Source of the DNA: Marine Group I thaumarchaeote
Lineage (GTDB): Archaea; Thermoproteota; Nitrososphaeria; Nitrososphaerales; Nitrosopumilaceae
Length of the DNA stretch: 64,000 nt
NCBI GenBank assembly: GCA_044358425.1
Contig: CP054849.1
Coordinates: 1,097,302 to 1,161,301 of the forward strand
Direction: 5' to 3'
Part shown: positions 1-9,307 of the stretch, in pieces
How positions within the stretch are numbered: position 1 is the first letter of the stretch
Layout: each line of letters begins with the position of its first letter
The notes under the pieces: generated by a model
Told to the model about the DNA's origin: nothing
Database searches by the model: none
Seen by the model: only the letters and a program-made list of their open reading frames with translations
Made by a program: the position numbers and the translations under genes

Positions 1-1
1 T

Positions 2-394
2 TTCAATGATGTTTCAGCAAGAGATATTCAAAATAAAGATAAACAATTTACAAGAGGAAAAGGATTTGATTCGTTTGCACCATGTGGACCATGGATAACA
101 ACAGCTGATGAAATACAAAATCCACAAAATCTAAAAATGATAACGAAAGTAAATGGGGAAATTAGACAAAATTCATCAACAAGTAATATGTTTATTAAAA
201 TTCCAGAGATAATTTCAAAAATTACTAAAGTAATGACATTACAAAAAGGAGACATAATTTCAACAGGTACACCTGCAGGTGTAATGCTAAACAAACCAAA
301 TGCAGTATACCTAAAAGATGGGGATCAAATTGAAATGGAAATTGAAGGTTTAGGAACACTAAACAATACGATTAAAGTCATTAAATCAAATTAA
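2..394 (+). CDS. Fumarylacetoacetate hydrolase (FAH) family protein, 5'-truncated by the window edge
   Basis: Frame is open from base 2: FNDVSARDIQ..RGKGFDSFAPCGPW..GDIISTGTPAGV, the FAH signature motifs. Confidence 0.9.
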   Translation, partial: FNDVSARDIQNKDKQFTRGKGFDSFAPCGPWITTADEIQNPQNLKMITKVNGEIRQNSSTSNMFIKIPEIISKITKVMTLQKGDIISTGTPAGVMLNKPNAVYLKDGDQIEMEIEGLGTLNNTIKVIKSN

Positions 395-1197
395 TGTAAA
401 GATTTTTTCATTAAATAAAACGATATTTTGTAGTCTAAAGCATCAGAAAATTCTAATTTTTGATTAGTCAAAATTTGAATTCGTTCATAATTATTTTCAA
501 ATGCAAAATTTTGCAGATAAAACAAAACATTAGATAAAGTATCAAATGAGCCTGAAGATAGTGTAACAATTAGCGTATTATCAATATGTTTGTAATTTCC
601 AATTATTGCAGTAGTTTTTTTTCTATTTAAATTGGATTGAATAATTTTATTTTGACAAGATAGATCAGTCAAAATTTGCTTTGTAGTTTTAATCCATCTC
701 CATGAATCAACATAAAAAGTAAAAATTTCACTGCCTACAGATTTTTCAAATTCAATTTTAAAATTTGAATTTTTTTTAGGGTTTAATGAATAATAATTCC
801 ATGTTTCAAGAGTATCATAGTTTAATGAAGTAGCCATAGAAATTGAATTTTTATTTTCGGTGTCTATTAACATGTAAGAAAATAATTTTTGGTGTTTTTT
901 TCCAATTGATTCTGCATAAGTCACAAGTTTGGATGCAATCCTTTCTCTGCGATGTTTGGGATCTATACGAATACCCTCTATCCATATCTGATTTTCAGAA
1001 TAAAATGCATGACATATTCCAACTGGAGATTTTTTTTCAAATAAAAATAAATTTCCTTCATCAATCCAAGAGGACCAAACTTTTTCGATATAATCACCCC
1101 AAGAAAATGTATTTTTACAAAATTTTAATACAGAATTTTTATCAGAAATATTTGCTTCTCTAATTTGCATATACGAAAAAATATTAAGAATAATCAA
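391..1197 (-). CDS. GNAT family N-acetyltransferase (start probably 1170, MQIREA)
   Basis: IREA..D N-terminus and WIEGIRIDPKHRRERIAS acetyl-CoA-binding motif A. Confidence 0.8.
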   Translation of the reverse strand: MIILNIFSYMQIREANISDKNSVLKFCKNTFSWGDYIEKVWSSWIDEGNLFLFEKKSPVGICHAFYSENQIWIEGIRIDPKHRRERIASKLVTYAESIGKKHQKLFSYMLIDTENKNSISMATSLNYDTLETWNYYSLNPKKNSNFKIEFEKSVGSEIFTFYVDSWRWIKTTKQILTDLSCQNKIIQSNLNRKKTTAIIGNYKHIDNTLIVTLSSGSFDTLSNVLFYLQNFAFENNYERIQILTNQKLEFSDALDYKISFYLMKKSLH

Positions 1198-1209
1198 ATA
1201 AAAAGGCTC

Positions 1210-1518
1210 ATGGGAAAAATAATTGCAGGAAAGACATCAGATATACCTCCTGGAAAAATGATAAAAGTTTCAATAGATGGTAGAGACATCTTAGTAGCAA
1301 ATATTGATGGTGAATATTTTGCTACAGATGATTCATGTACTCATTCAGGCTCTAGCTTATCAGAAGGAAAATTAGATGGATGTGTAATTACGTGTGGGTG
1401 GCATGCAGCAGAATTTGATTGTAAAGATGGTAAATTTTTAAAATTTCCAATGAAATTAAGAGATTTAACATCATACAGTGTAGTAGTCGAATCTGATAGT
1501 GTATTTGTAGAGCTATAA
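1210..1518 (+). CDS. Rieske-type [2Fe-2S] ferredoxin
   Basis: CTH...CGWH Rieske ligands; the ATG at 1210 gives a typical ~100-aa size. Confidence 0.9.
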   Translation: MGKIIAGKTSDIPPGKMIKVSIDGRDILVANIDGEYFATDDSCTHSGSSLSEGKLDGCVITCGWHAAEFDCKDGKFLKFPMKLRDLTSYSVVVESDSVFVEL

Positions 1519-1544
1519 CTATATGTGCTAATTTTTAAGAAAAT

Positions 1545-1823
1545 ATGTTAAAGATGGCAGATGAAACTCAAAATAAACAGGCAATGAAAGAGGCTATTGA
1601 TACACTAAACCTAATAATTTCAACAAATTCAACTCCAAAAACAATAAAGAAGTCAATTACTGATCTTGTTGCAGATTTAGTTAAAGAAGAATATTCATTA
1701 TCAGTTAGAGCTGCAAATACAATTAGCTTATTAGATGATGTTACACAAGATCCAAACATGCCATCATATGTAAGGACTCAATTATGGCAAGCCGTATCAA
1801 AATTAGAAAGCATAAGAGAATAA
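1545..1823 (+). CDS. UPF0147 family protein
   Basis: RAANTISLLDDVTQDPNMPSYVRTQLWQAVSKLE matches the archaeal UPF0147 pattern. Confidence 0.85.
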   Translation: MLKMADETQNKQAMKEAIDTLNLIISTNSTPKTIKKSITDLVADLVKEEYSLSVRAANTISLLDDVTQDPNMPSYVRTQLWQAVSKLESIRE

Positions 1824-1848
1824 ATTCTTGTTTGAATTAGTATAATTA

Positions 1849-2607
1849 TTGAAGTTTGAAGAATATTTAGACACACTTCCAAAAAATGTTCTTAGTGGAG
1901 AAGATGTTCAATTACCTGAAAAAACATTCAGAGAAATTTTTAAATTTGCTGCCCTGGGAAAAGAAGATACATTTTACCACCTAGGTTGTCATGATGAAAA
2001 AGGAATAGAAATAGCAAATAAAGAATTCAATGTTAAAAAAGCAATAGGTATCGACAATAATCCTGAAAAAATCAAAAATGGAAAAAATAACGTTAATGAA
2101 AAAAAGATTGATGTGGAATTAATTTATCAAAATATACAAGAAGCAGATTTGTCAGATGCAACTGTGATATTATTTTGGTTTACAGATGAAGAAATAATTA
2201 ATGAGATGACCCAAAAATTTAAAGAATTGAAACCAGAAACAAAAATAATTACAATCTGGGGACCACTACCAAATTATCTTCCTGAGAAAGTAAATTTCCC
2301 ATATATAATAAATAAAATACCATTTCAAAAAGCAAAAAATTTGCAAGAGCAATTATTAGCAGTTTTTGGAGTTAAATGCATAGATTTTGTAACGGCATGG
2401 GAATTTGCAGAAAGATACACTAAATCCATGTCAGGTTCAGAAATAAAAAATGATAGATTTCTTACAATTCTTCAAACATTGATAATTTGGATTAATGCTA
2501 AAGAGTTAGGTGTAACATGTACTGAAGAAATACCAGAATCAATTAGAACGTATATTGGAATAATGAAAATGCATTTTGATATTGATTTTGAGTATTTACT
2601 AAAATAA
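1849..2607 (+). CDS. Class I SAM-dependent methyltransferase-like protein
   Basis: FYHLGC (motif I-like), AIGID, DLSDATVILFW. Confidence 0.7.
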   Translation: MKFEEYLDTLPKNVLSGEDVQLPEKTFREIFKFAALGKEDTFYHLGCHDEKGIEIANKEFNVKKAIGIDNNPEKIKNGKNNVNEKKIDVELIYQNIQEADLSDATVILFWFTDEEIINEMTQKFKELKPETKIITIWGPLPNYLPEKVNFPYIINKIPFQKAKNLQEQLLAVFGVKCIDFVTAWEFAERYTKSMSGSEIKNDRFLTILQTLIIWINAKELGVTCTEEIPESIRTYIGIMKMHFDIDFEYLLK

Positions 2608-2626
2608 TGAGTGTAAGCCTTTTATT

Positions 2627-2995
2627 TTGTATGTCCATGAAAAAATTATGGAAAGCAGACTAAACATCAATGTATCTGCAATAGATTACGACAAAACAAG
2701 TAAAGCATTAACACAACAACTTAGATTTTTAGAAGAAATGGTTCACGGAGAAGATGACTTTGTTATGACAGATTCAGAATTTGCATTTGGATGGCATTTT
2801 TTTGTACTTAGTGTAAATAGGACATTAATTCAAAAATTGGAATCAATGATGGGTGATGACTTTGGAAAATTGAAAGGTAAAACAACAGATAAAAAATTTC
2901 TTACATGGCTAACAAATAAAGTTGAAAAGAAATCACCTAGATTCAAAGTTGCCATTAAAGAAGAGATGGAATCAAGTAAGTTCGGAATATTTTAA
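2627..2995 (+). CDS. Hypothetical protein
   Basis: 122-aa ORF with normal composition, co-oriented with its neighbours. Confidence 0.7.
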   Translation: MYVHEKIMESRLNINVSAIDYDKTSKALTQQLRFLEEMVHGEDDFVMTDSEFAFGWHFFVLSVNRTLIQKLESMMGDDFGKLKGKTTDKKFLTWLTNKVEKKSPRFKVAIKEEMESSKFGIF

Positions 2996-3006
2996 AATAA
3001 AAAGAG

Positions 3007-3079
3007 GGCCCTCGAGGGGAATCGAACTCCTGTCCGAGGATCCACAATCCTCTATACTAACCACTGTACTACGAGGGCC
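3007..3079 (-). tRNA. tRNA-His(GTG) with genome-encoded G-1
   Basis: Reverse complement G-GCCCTCG...GAGGA-TTGTGGA-TCCTC...GTTCGATTC...CGAGGGC-C folds into a cloverleaf. Confidence 0.95.
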
Positions 3080-3242
3080 ACAAAAAAATTAATTTTTTCA
3101 TCCTGTAATAATCTTTAACATTGAATGAAGGTAAGAATAATCAAGAATTAATAAAAAATTAGCCTCAAATTGGAATTAAATATTATTTGTGAATAAGAAG
3201 TAACGATCGCTTTAAATTTGAAGAATCTGGGTATTTTTCACC

Positions 3243-4265
3243 ATGAGAAGAGGATTCATCACTAACAGGTTACGTTCAGGAAAGAAATCATTAGCAATAC
3301 CTATAGAAAAAAAAATTGAAAAAATCCAAGGTAATGGATTCACATGGATAGATTTACAAAATCCAGATAGAGAAGATGTTGAAAAATTAGCTCCAGATTA
3401 CAACTTCAATGAATTAAACATCGAAGATTGTATGACAAAATTTGAACTTCCAAAACTTGATAGTTATGATGATCATTTCTTTGTAATTTTACAATTTCCA
3501 CCACTTGCACGAAAAATTGGAATTTCAAAAAATAGTCAATTATCCATATTTGTTGGAAAAGATTTTCTAGTAACTGTACATCAAGGAGATCTCAAACCAT
3601 TAGTCCAATTAGTACAAACATGTATTTCAGATTCTGATAAAGAATTAAAAAATAGATTAGTAGGTGAGTCATCTGGAGATTTACTTCACGAAATTATAGA
3701 TGCTCTAGTAGATGATCTTTTACACACATCAAGAAAAATTATTGCAAATTTAGATGAAATGGAGGATAATGTGTTTGATGAATCAAAACCAGTTGCTAGA
3801 AGTATTGCTTTACTTAGAAGGGAAATCAATAGATTAAGAAGAATATCAGTACCACTAAAGAGATTTGTGTTAGAAATTGCAAAAAATGTTAAAAGATTTT
3901 CAGATAATTCAGATGATGAGCTTGCCCTATATTTTGATGACGTAATTGATCACATTGACAAAGTAATTGAAACATTAGAGGAATCAAGGGAAACAATGGA
4001 AATTTACAAAGATACAGATTTTGTATTAAGTAATGAAAAAACAAACAAAGTTTTAGCTGTCTTAACAATGATTTTCACATTAGCCATTCCATCAACAGTG
4101 ATTGGAACATTTTATGGAATGAATGTGAATCTACCAGGAGGAATAGGAGAAAATGCAATGATTTTAGGCCCATTTACTACGTTCATACTAGTAATTCTTG
4201 CATCTGCAATACCTGCAATCTTGATGTTTATTTATTTCAAAAAATTAGGCTGGATTAGTAGTTAG
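3243..4265 (+). CDS. corA: CorA Mg2+/Co2+ transporter
   Basis: WIDL near the N-terminus, YGMN signature, two C-terminal TM helices. Confidence 0.95.
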   Translation: MRRGFITNRLRSGKKSLAIPIEKKIEKIQGNGFTWIDLQNPDREDVEKLAPDYNFNELNIEDCMTKFELPKLDSYDDHFFVILQFPPLARKIGISKNSQLSIFVGKDFLVTVHQGDLKPLVQLVQTCISDSDKELKNRLVGESSGDLLHEIIDALVDDLLHTSRKIIANLDEMEDNVFDESKPVARSIALLRREINRLRRISVPLKRFVLEIAKNVKRFSDNSDDELALYFDDVIDHIDKVIETLEESRETMEIYKDTDFVLSNEKTNKVLAVLTMIFTLAIPSTVIGTFYGMNVNLPGGIGENAMILGPFTTFILVILASAIPAILMFIYFKKLGWISS

Positions 4266-4276
4266 TAAAACAAATT

Positions 4277-5059
4277 CTAAATTTTTTCATGAAGATTTAT
4301 TTCAATTTTTGTTAAAGAACGACTCAAATTATCAGGAATTAGAATTAATAATCCAGAGTTTCCATCTATATTTTCACAAATTCCACTAAAACTGGTATAA
4401 CTTTTTCCAAAACAACCATCATTTGTATAAAAATTAAATTTTTCAGATTTTAAATAATTATCAAATTGTTGTTTGGAGTCAACAAAATATACATCAAACC
4501 AAGAATGTTGATCATCAATAGAAATAGAATACTCGTAAGAGGTAATTTTTTTATCAGAACAGATTGGAATGAATTGAGCATAGTAATTTGATTCAACTGA
4601 ATTAACAGTTTTAACATTAGGTATAATTGAAACATAAGTATCACTATTAAGTTTAGAACCTTGAATTAATTCAATTTGAGTTCTAGCTGAATCAATTGCA
4701 TAACGATATGTCATTGGTTTCCAACTTGAATTACAATCACTGAATTGATGTTTTAATTCAACATAACCTCGATTGTCTTGAAATTGTAAATTGTTAAAAT
4801 TATAATTATCAAAATTAGAAACATTAGAGAAATCAGTAGAGTAAACATGATCAGTAGAATTGGGATTAGACCAAACATTTGTTATTTCAAATAAAATATT
4901 TGCAGGAAAACTATTCCATTCTTCTTGAAAATGTACATAAATTGAATATTTGTTTATGTCTTGATCATAGGGAGATGCAAATAGTAGATGTCCATAAAAT
5001 CCATTCAAAAGAAGTATTGCAAATGCAATAGCAGGTAAAATAAGAAATATTTTCCTCAT
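4277..5059 (-). CDS. Hypothetical exported or membrane-anchored protein
   Basis: Signal-like N-terminus MRKIFLILPAIAFAILLL followed by an Asn/Ser-rich soluble region with four Cys. Confidence 0.7.
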   Translation of the reverse strand: MRKIFLILPAIAFAILLLNGFYGHLLFASPYDQDINKYSIYVHFQEEWNSFPANILFEITNVWSNPNSTDHVYSTDFSNVSNFDNYNFNNLQFQDNRGYVELKHQFSDCNSSWKPMTYRYAIDSARTQIELIQGSKLNSDTYVSIIPNVKTVNSVESNYYAQFIPICSDKKITSYEYSISIDDQHSWFDVYFVDSKQQFDNYLKSEKFNFYTNDGCFGKSYTSFSGICENIDGNSGLLILIPDNLSRSLTKIEINLHEKI

Positions 5060-5214
5060 AGTTTTTTTATTAAATTACAATAATTATACAATCGGGTACA
5101 AATCAATAATTATATGTTTAATGTATCATAATAAACTGAAATTATGATATATTGTTTTTAGAACAAAAATATAGACATATCTTATAAAAGCCCGTAGATG
5201 ATTTTAGTAAAAAC

Positions 5215-5475
5215 ATGGTTAAAGTAAAAGTTAGAACAGGTAGAGGTACCGGAACTATAGAAGTTGATGTAGGCGATCTCAAATTCTCAGGTGAAGAATT
5301 TAAAAAAATTCAAGCTGAGAGAAAGAAAGCTGCAGGTAATAGAACAGTCTCAACAGGTAGAGGTACTGGTAGAAGAAAACTTAAAGATACTCCAGAACCA
5401 AAAGCTAGACCTTCAACAAAAGGTAGTACAAGAAGTACTAGTAGAGGAACTAGTTCAAGAAAAGGTACAACATAA
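5215..5475 (+). CDS. Small basic protein with T(G/S)RGT(G/S) repeats
   Basis: TATA-like CTTATAAA about 25 nt upstream, T-rich tract downstream, K/R/T/S/G-rich sequence. Confidence 0.8.
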   Translation: MVKVKVRTGRGTGTIEVDVGDLKFSGEEFKKIQAERKKAAGNRTVSTGRGTGRRKLKDTPEPKARPSTKGSTRSTSRGTSSRKGTT

Positions 5476-5519
5476 ACTCCTTTTTGGATTTTATTTTTCT
5501 TATATTTTTCTATAATTGA

Positions 5520-6185
5520 TTAGATTTTAGTATCTGGATTTTTTTGTTTTAATTTTTCCCAATCTGCAAGGAAGTTATCTAAACCAATTTTTGTCAAAGG
5601 ATGTTGAAGCATTTTATCTAGGACACCTGGAGGCAACGTAACTACATCTGCACCAATTTTTGCTGCATCAATTACATGTAATGGATGACGAACACTGGCA
5701 ACAAGAATTTGTGTTTCAAAAGTATAATTTGAAAAAATTTCTTTAATTTCTTTAATCAAATTCATTCCATCTTGACCTATATCATCTAATCTTCCAATAA
5801 ATGGACTAACATATTTTGCACCAGATTTTGCTGCAAGTAAAGCCTGATTTGCAGAAAATATCAAAGTGACATTTACAGGAATCCCCTGTGATGAAAAAGA
5901 TTTACATGCTTTTAGACCATCAGGAGTCATTGGAACTTTAACAACAACATTGTCGCCGTATTCACGAAGACGTTTACCTTCTTCAAGCATTCCAGAATAA
6001 TCAGTACTAACAACTTCTAAACTAACATCACCTTGAATAATTTTTGTAATTTCTTCCATTGCGTCTTTAGGATTGCCACCTTCCTTTGACATTAAAGAAG
6101 GATTAGTTGTAATTCCATCTAACAAACCCATATCATTGAATTTTTTTATGGATTCCAAATTAGCAGTATCAAGAAAAATTTTCAT
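5520..6185 (-). CDS. tal: Transaldolase (FSA/TalC type)
   Basis: FLDTA, GITTNPSL, VVKVP Schiff-base Lys, YVSPFIGR. Confidence 0.95.
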   Translation of the reverse strand: MKIFLDTANLESIKKFNDMGLLDGITTNPSLMSKEGGNPKDAMEEITKIIQGDVSLEVVSTDYSGMLEEGKRLREYGDNVVVKVPMTPDGLKACKSFSSQGIPVNVTLIFSANQALLAAKSGAKYVSPFIGRLDDIGQDGMNLIKEIKEIFSNYTFETQILVASVRHPLHVIDAAKIGADVVTLPPGVLDKMLQHPLTKIGLDNFLADWEKLKQKNPDTKI

Positions 6186-7156
6186 ATTTTTTTACTCCTT
6201 AGTTCTTTAGCTTGTTTTGCCATATTAAAAGATGTAATCCCATGTTTTTCTAAAAGTAATGGAATTTCAGCATCACGTGCAGATTCTCCAAACATGTCCT
6301 GGGCTCCAATTCTTTTAATAGGAACAGGGTAAGATTCAGAAACAGATTCTGCTACTGCTGAACCCATTCCACCAAGAATATTATGTTCTTCAGTTGTAAC
6401 TATACACCCAGTTTCTCTTGCGGCTTTTTCCAAAATTTCCCCATCAATAGGCTTGATTGAAAACATATCTAAAACTCGACAAGAAATCCCATCTTCTTGT
6501 AACATCTCAGCAGCTTCTAATGCCATTCTAACAGTTATTCCACATGCAGCAATTGTACAATCAGAACCATCTCTAACAGTTATTCCTTTACCAATTTTGA
6601 ATTCTTGTGATTCTGAATGAACTAAAGGAGTTTTTGATCTTGCCATTCTCATGTAAAATGGTCCATATTCAGATGCCATCAAATTAGTTAATTTTGAAAC
6701 AGCAATTGTATCAGCAGGAATAAAAACACGAAAGTTTGGAATAACCCTCATTATTGCAATGTCTTCAATTTGTTGATGTGACCCTCCATCAGGTCCAACA
6801 GACAAACCCCCATGCGATGTAACCAATTTTACATTAAGTCCTTTTTTTCCTGGAGGTGAAGGATATGCAATGTTATTTCTAATTTGATCAACAGCTCTTC
6901 CAGGTAAAAAAATTGCATAGGTACTTGCAAAAGAAACTTTTCCAGATACAGCCAATCCGGCAGACATTGTAACTAAATTTGCTTCAGCAATACCAACATT
7001 GAAAAATCTGTCAGGAAATTGTTTTCCAAATCCAGAAGTTTTTAATGAATCAGTTGTATCAGCTCCTAAAACAACAACATTTGAATTTTCATGTCCAACT
7101 TGAATTAATGACTTTGAGTATTCTGAACGCATATCAGTCATTATGGGGTCATTCAT
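6182..7156 (-). CDS. tkt: Transketolase C-terminal subunit
   Basis: FNVGIAE, GPDGGSHQ, EEHNILGGMGS. Confidence 0.95.
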   Translation of the reverse strand: MNDPIMTDMRSEYSKSLIQVGHENSNVVVLGADTTDSLKTSGFGKQFPDRFFNVGIAEANLVTMSAGLAVSGKVSFASTYAIFLPGRAVDQIRNNIAYPSPPGKKGLNVKLVTSHGGLSVGPDGGSHQQIEDIAIMRVIPNFRVFIPADTIAVSKLTNLMASEYGPFYMRMARSKTPLVHSESQEFKIGKGITVRDGSDCTIAACGITVRMALEAAEMLQEDGISCRVLDMFSIKPIDGEILEKAARETGCIVTTEEHNILGGMGSAVAESVSESYPVPIKRIGAQDMFGESARDAEIPLLLEKHGITSFNMAKQAKELRSKKI

Positions 7157-8820
7157 AGATATCCTGCCTCCTTTGCAATTTTTTTAATTTCTTCTTGTTT
7201 TGCACCAATAACATGCAATCCAATCCACTTGTTCACTAAATCTGAACCACCCAATTGATTTGCTTTATCAAGTAACATTCTTCTCCTTGATTTTAAAACT
7301 GCATTTCTAAAATCTTTGATTGCAGCTCTAACATCTTGCTGTCCAATAATTGCACCACCACCAACAAAAGCACGTGCACCATCTGCAAATACAGAACCTA
7401 TATTTTCAATATTCACACCTCCATCAGCCTCGATGCAACCTGAAAAATTGTGTTCATTAAGAATAGAATTCAACCTAGCCATTTTAGAATGAGTTTCTTC
7501 AATGTATTTTTGACCAGATTTTCCAGGAACAACAGACATGACAATTAGTTGATCCAATGTTGACAAAAATTTGTAAGACCATTCAGGTAATTCAGTATCG
7601 GGGTTTATAGCAAAACCAACACCAACTTGATTTTGTTTTAAAGTATCATGAATCTCTCCAAAACTAGATTCATCAGTTACTTCAGCATGGACTGTGACGA
7701 TATCACTACCAGCATCTATGTAATCCTTCACATGTTTTACAGGATCATTTATCATAAGATGTGTATCAAATGGAATAACAGTTAATGGTCGAAGTTCTTT
7801 AATTTTATTATGATCAAAAGTTTTTGTTGGAACAAATTGACCATCCATGACATCAAGATGAATTAAATCAGATCTTCCAGTTACACATCTCTTAACTTCA
7901 TTTTCTAAATTAGACATGTCACCTGCAATAATTGAAGGAGCAATCAAAAATTGAGAATCTAATTCAGAATTAATTATAGGAACAACATCAGAATCTGGAG
8001 CTTTGCCATGCCATTGAGGATTATCTTCCATGTGTTCCAAAGATTTACCCTTGATAGTTCTACAAATAATAATTGTAGGAACTCCTTTAGTTGCATTTGC
8101 TTTTGTTATTGCTGCATCAATTTGTTCAACTCTATGTCCATCGATTTCAAGAACATTCCAACCAAATGATCTCCATTTATCACCAATCTTCCATCGTGAT
8201 GCATCTTTCCACATTTCTGTAATATCATCACTCTCTAATTTTTCATCTAATGGCATTATTTTTTCAGTGTAAGAGTCCTGTTGAATAAAATTTCTATCAA
8301 TAAAAGCAGTTAGATTATCAACTTTGTATTTTGAAGCTGTCATTGCAGCTTCCCAAACTTGGCCTTCATCAGATTCACCATCACCAATTATCGTATACAC
8401 ATGATGATCTTTAGAATCAATTTTTGCAGCAAGTGCAATTCCAACAGAATAAGATAATCCCGTACCAAGTGAGCCTCCACAAAATTCAACACCAGGACAT
8501 TTCAAATCTGGATGACCCTGTAATTTACTGCCAAATTTTCGTAAAGTTTCAATTTCAGATTCAGGAAAATATCCAGATACTGCCATATTAGAAAATAATC
8601 CTGGTGCAGCGTGACCTTTTGATAATACTAATCTATCACGATCTTCCCATTGAGGATTTTGAGGGTCAAATTTCAAATGTTTGTTAAATAAACAACCCAA
8701 AATTTCAGCCATTGAAAATGAGCCACCTGGATGTCCAGAACCCGCTGCATTAGTTGCCTTTATTACTAATTTACGAGCTCTTAGAATATTTTTTTTAATT
8801 TGATAATAATTAAGGCCCAT
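7153..8820 (-). CDS. rpe: Fusion of transketolase N-terminal (TPP-binding) subunit and ribulose-phosphate 3-epimerase
   Basis: SGHPGG, LSKGHA, GDGESDEG followed in frame by IAPSI, HLDVMDGQFVP, DTHLM, MSVVPG, ADGGVN. Confidence 0.93.
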   Translation of the reverse strand: MGLNYYQIKKNILRARKLVIKATNAAGSGHPGGSFSMAEILGCLFNKHLKFDPQNPQWEDRDRLVLSKGHAAPGLFSNMAVSGYFPESEIETLRKFGSKLQGHPDLKCPGVEFCGGSLGTGLSYSVGIALAAKIDSKDHHVYTIIGDGESDEGQVWEAAMTASKYKVDNLTAFIDRNFIQQDSYTEKIMPLDEKLESDDITEMWKDASRWKIGDKWRSFGWNVLEIDGHRVEQIDAAITKANATKGVPTIIICRTIKGKSLEHMEDNPQWHGKAPDSDVVPIINSELDSQFLIAPSIIAGDMSNLENEVKRCVTGRSDLIHLDVMDGQFVPTKTFDHNKIKELRPLTVIPFDTHLMINDPVKHVKDYIDAGSDIVTVHAEVTDESSFGEIHDTLKQNQVGVGFAINPDTELPEWSYKFLSTLDQLIVMSVVPGKSGQKYIEETHSKMARLNSILNEHNFSGCIEADGGVNIENIGSVFADGARAFVGGGAIIGQQDVRAAIKDFRNAVLKSRRRMLLDKANQLGGSDLVNKWIGLHVIGAKQEEIKKIAKEAGYL

Positions 8821-8895
8821 CTGGATCGTTTCTTCATAAATTGAATAAAAATCTACTTCTGCAATATTTTAATTTGATCGCAATTTAATGTAGAT

Positions 8896-9285
8896 ATGGA
8901 AATTAAAGATGAAATTCCAATTGTACTTTTTGATGATCAATGTTATGTTTGTATAAAATTTGCAACAATTGTAAATTTTTTTTCAAGAGGAAAGATTACA
9001 ATGGTAGGACATTATTCTAATTTTGGAGAAAAAATAAGAAAAGAAATTTTAGATGATTCAGCATTAGAGATGTTTTGGTTTATTGATGAAAAAATTGCAA
9101 GTGGAGGAAGAGCAGCATTATTCCCATTAATCAAAGCAATTTTTTCTACTAAATCAAGAAAAACAAAATTTGTTCAAATGGATAATATTTGTAGTGATGA
9201 ATGTAAGAGTGCTAAAGCAGTATTTGTTAGATCATTTACATTAATTACAAATAGTAAAAAATTAGCATATAGAAAATCTAAATAA
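8896..9285 (+). CDS. DCC family thiol-disulfide oxidoreductase-like protein
   Basis: VLFDDQCYVC (DxxCxxC). Confidence 0.75.
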   Translation: MEIKDEIPIVLFDDQCYVCIKFATIVNFFSRGKITMVGHYSNFGEKIRKEILDDSALEMFWFIDEKIASGGRAALFPLIKAIFSTKSRKTKFVQMDNICSDECKSAKAVFVRSFTLITNSKKLAYRKSK

Positions 9286-9307
9286 TGCTTTAAAAACAGG
9301 ATGTATA

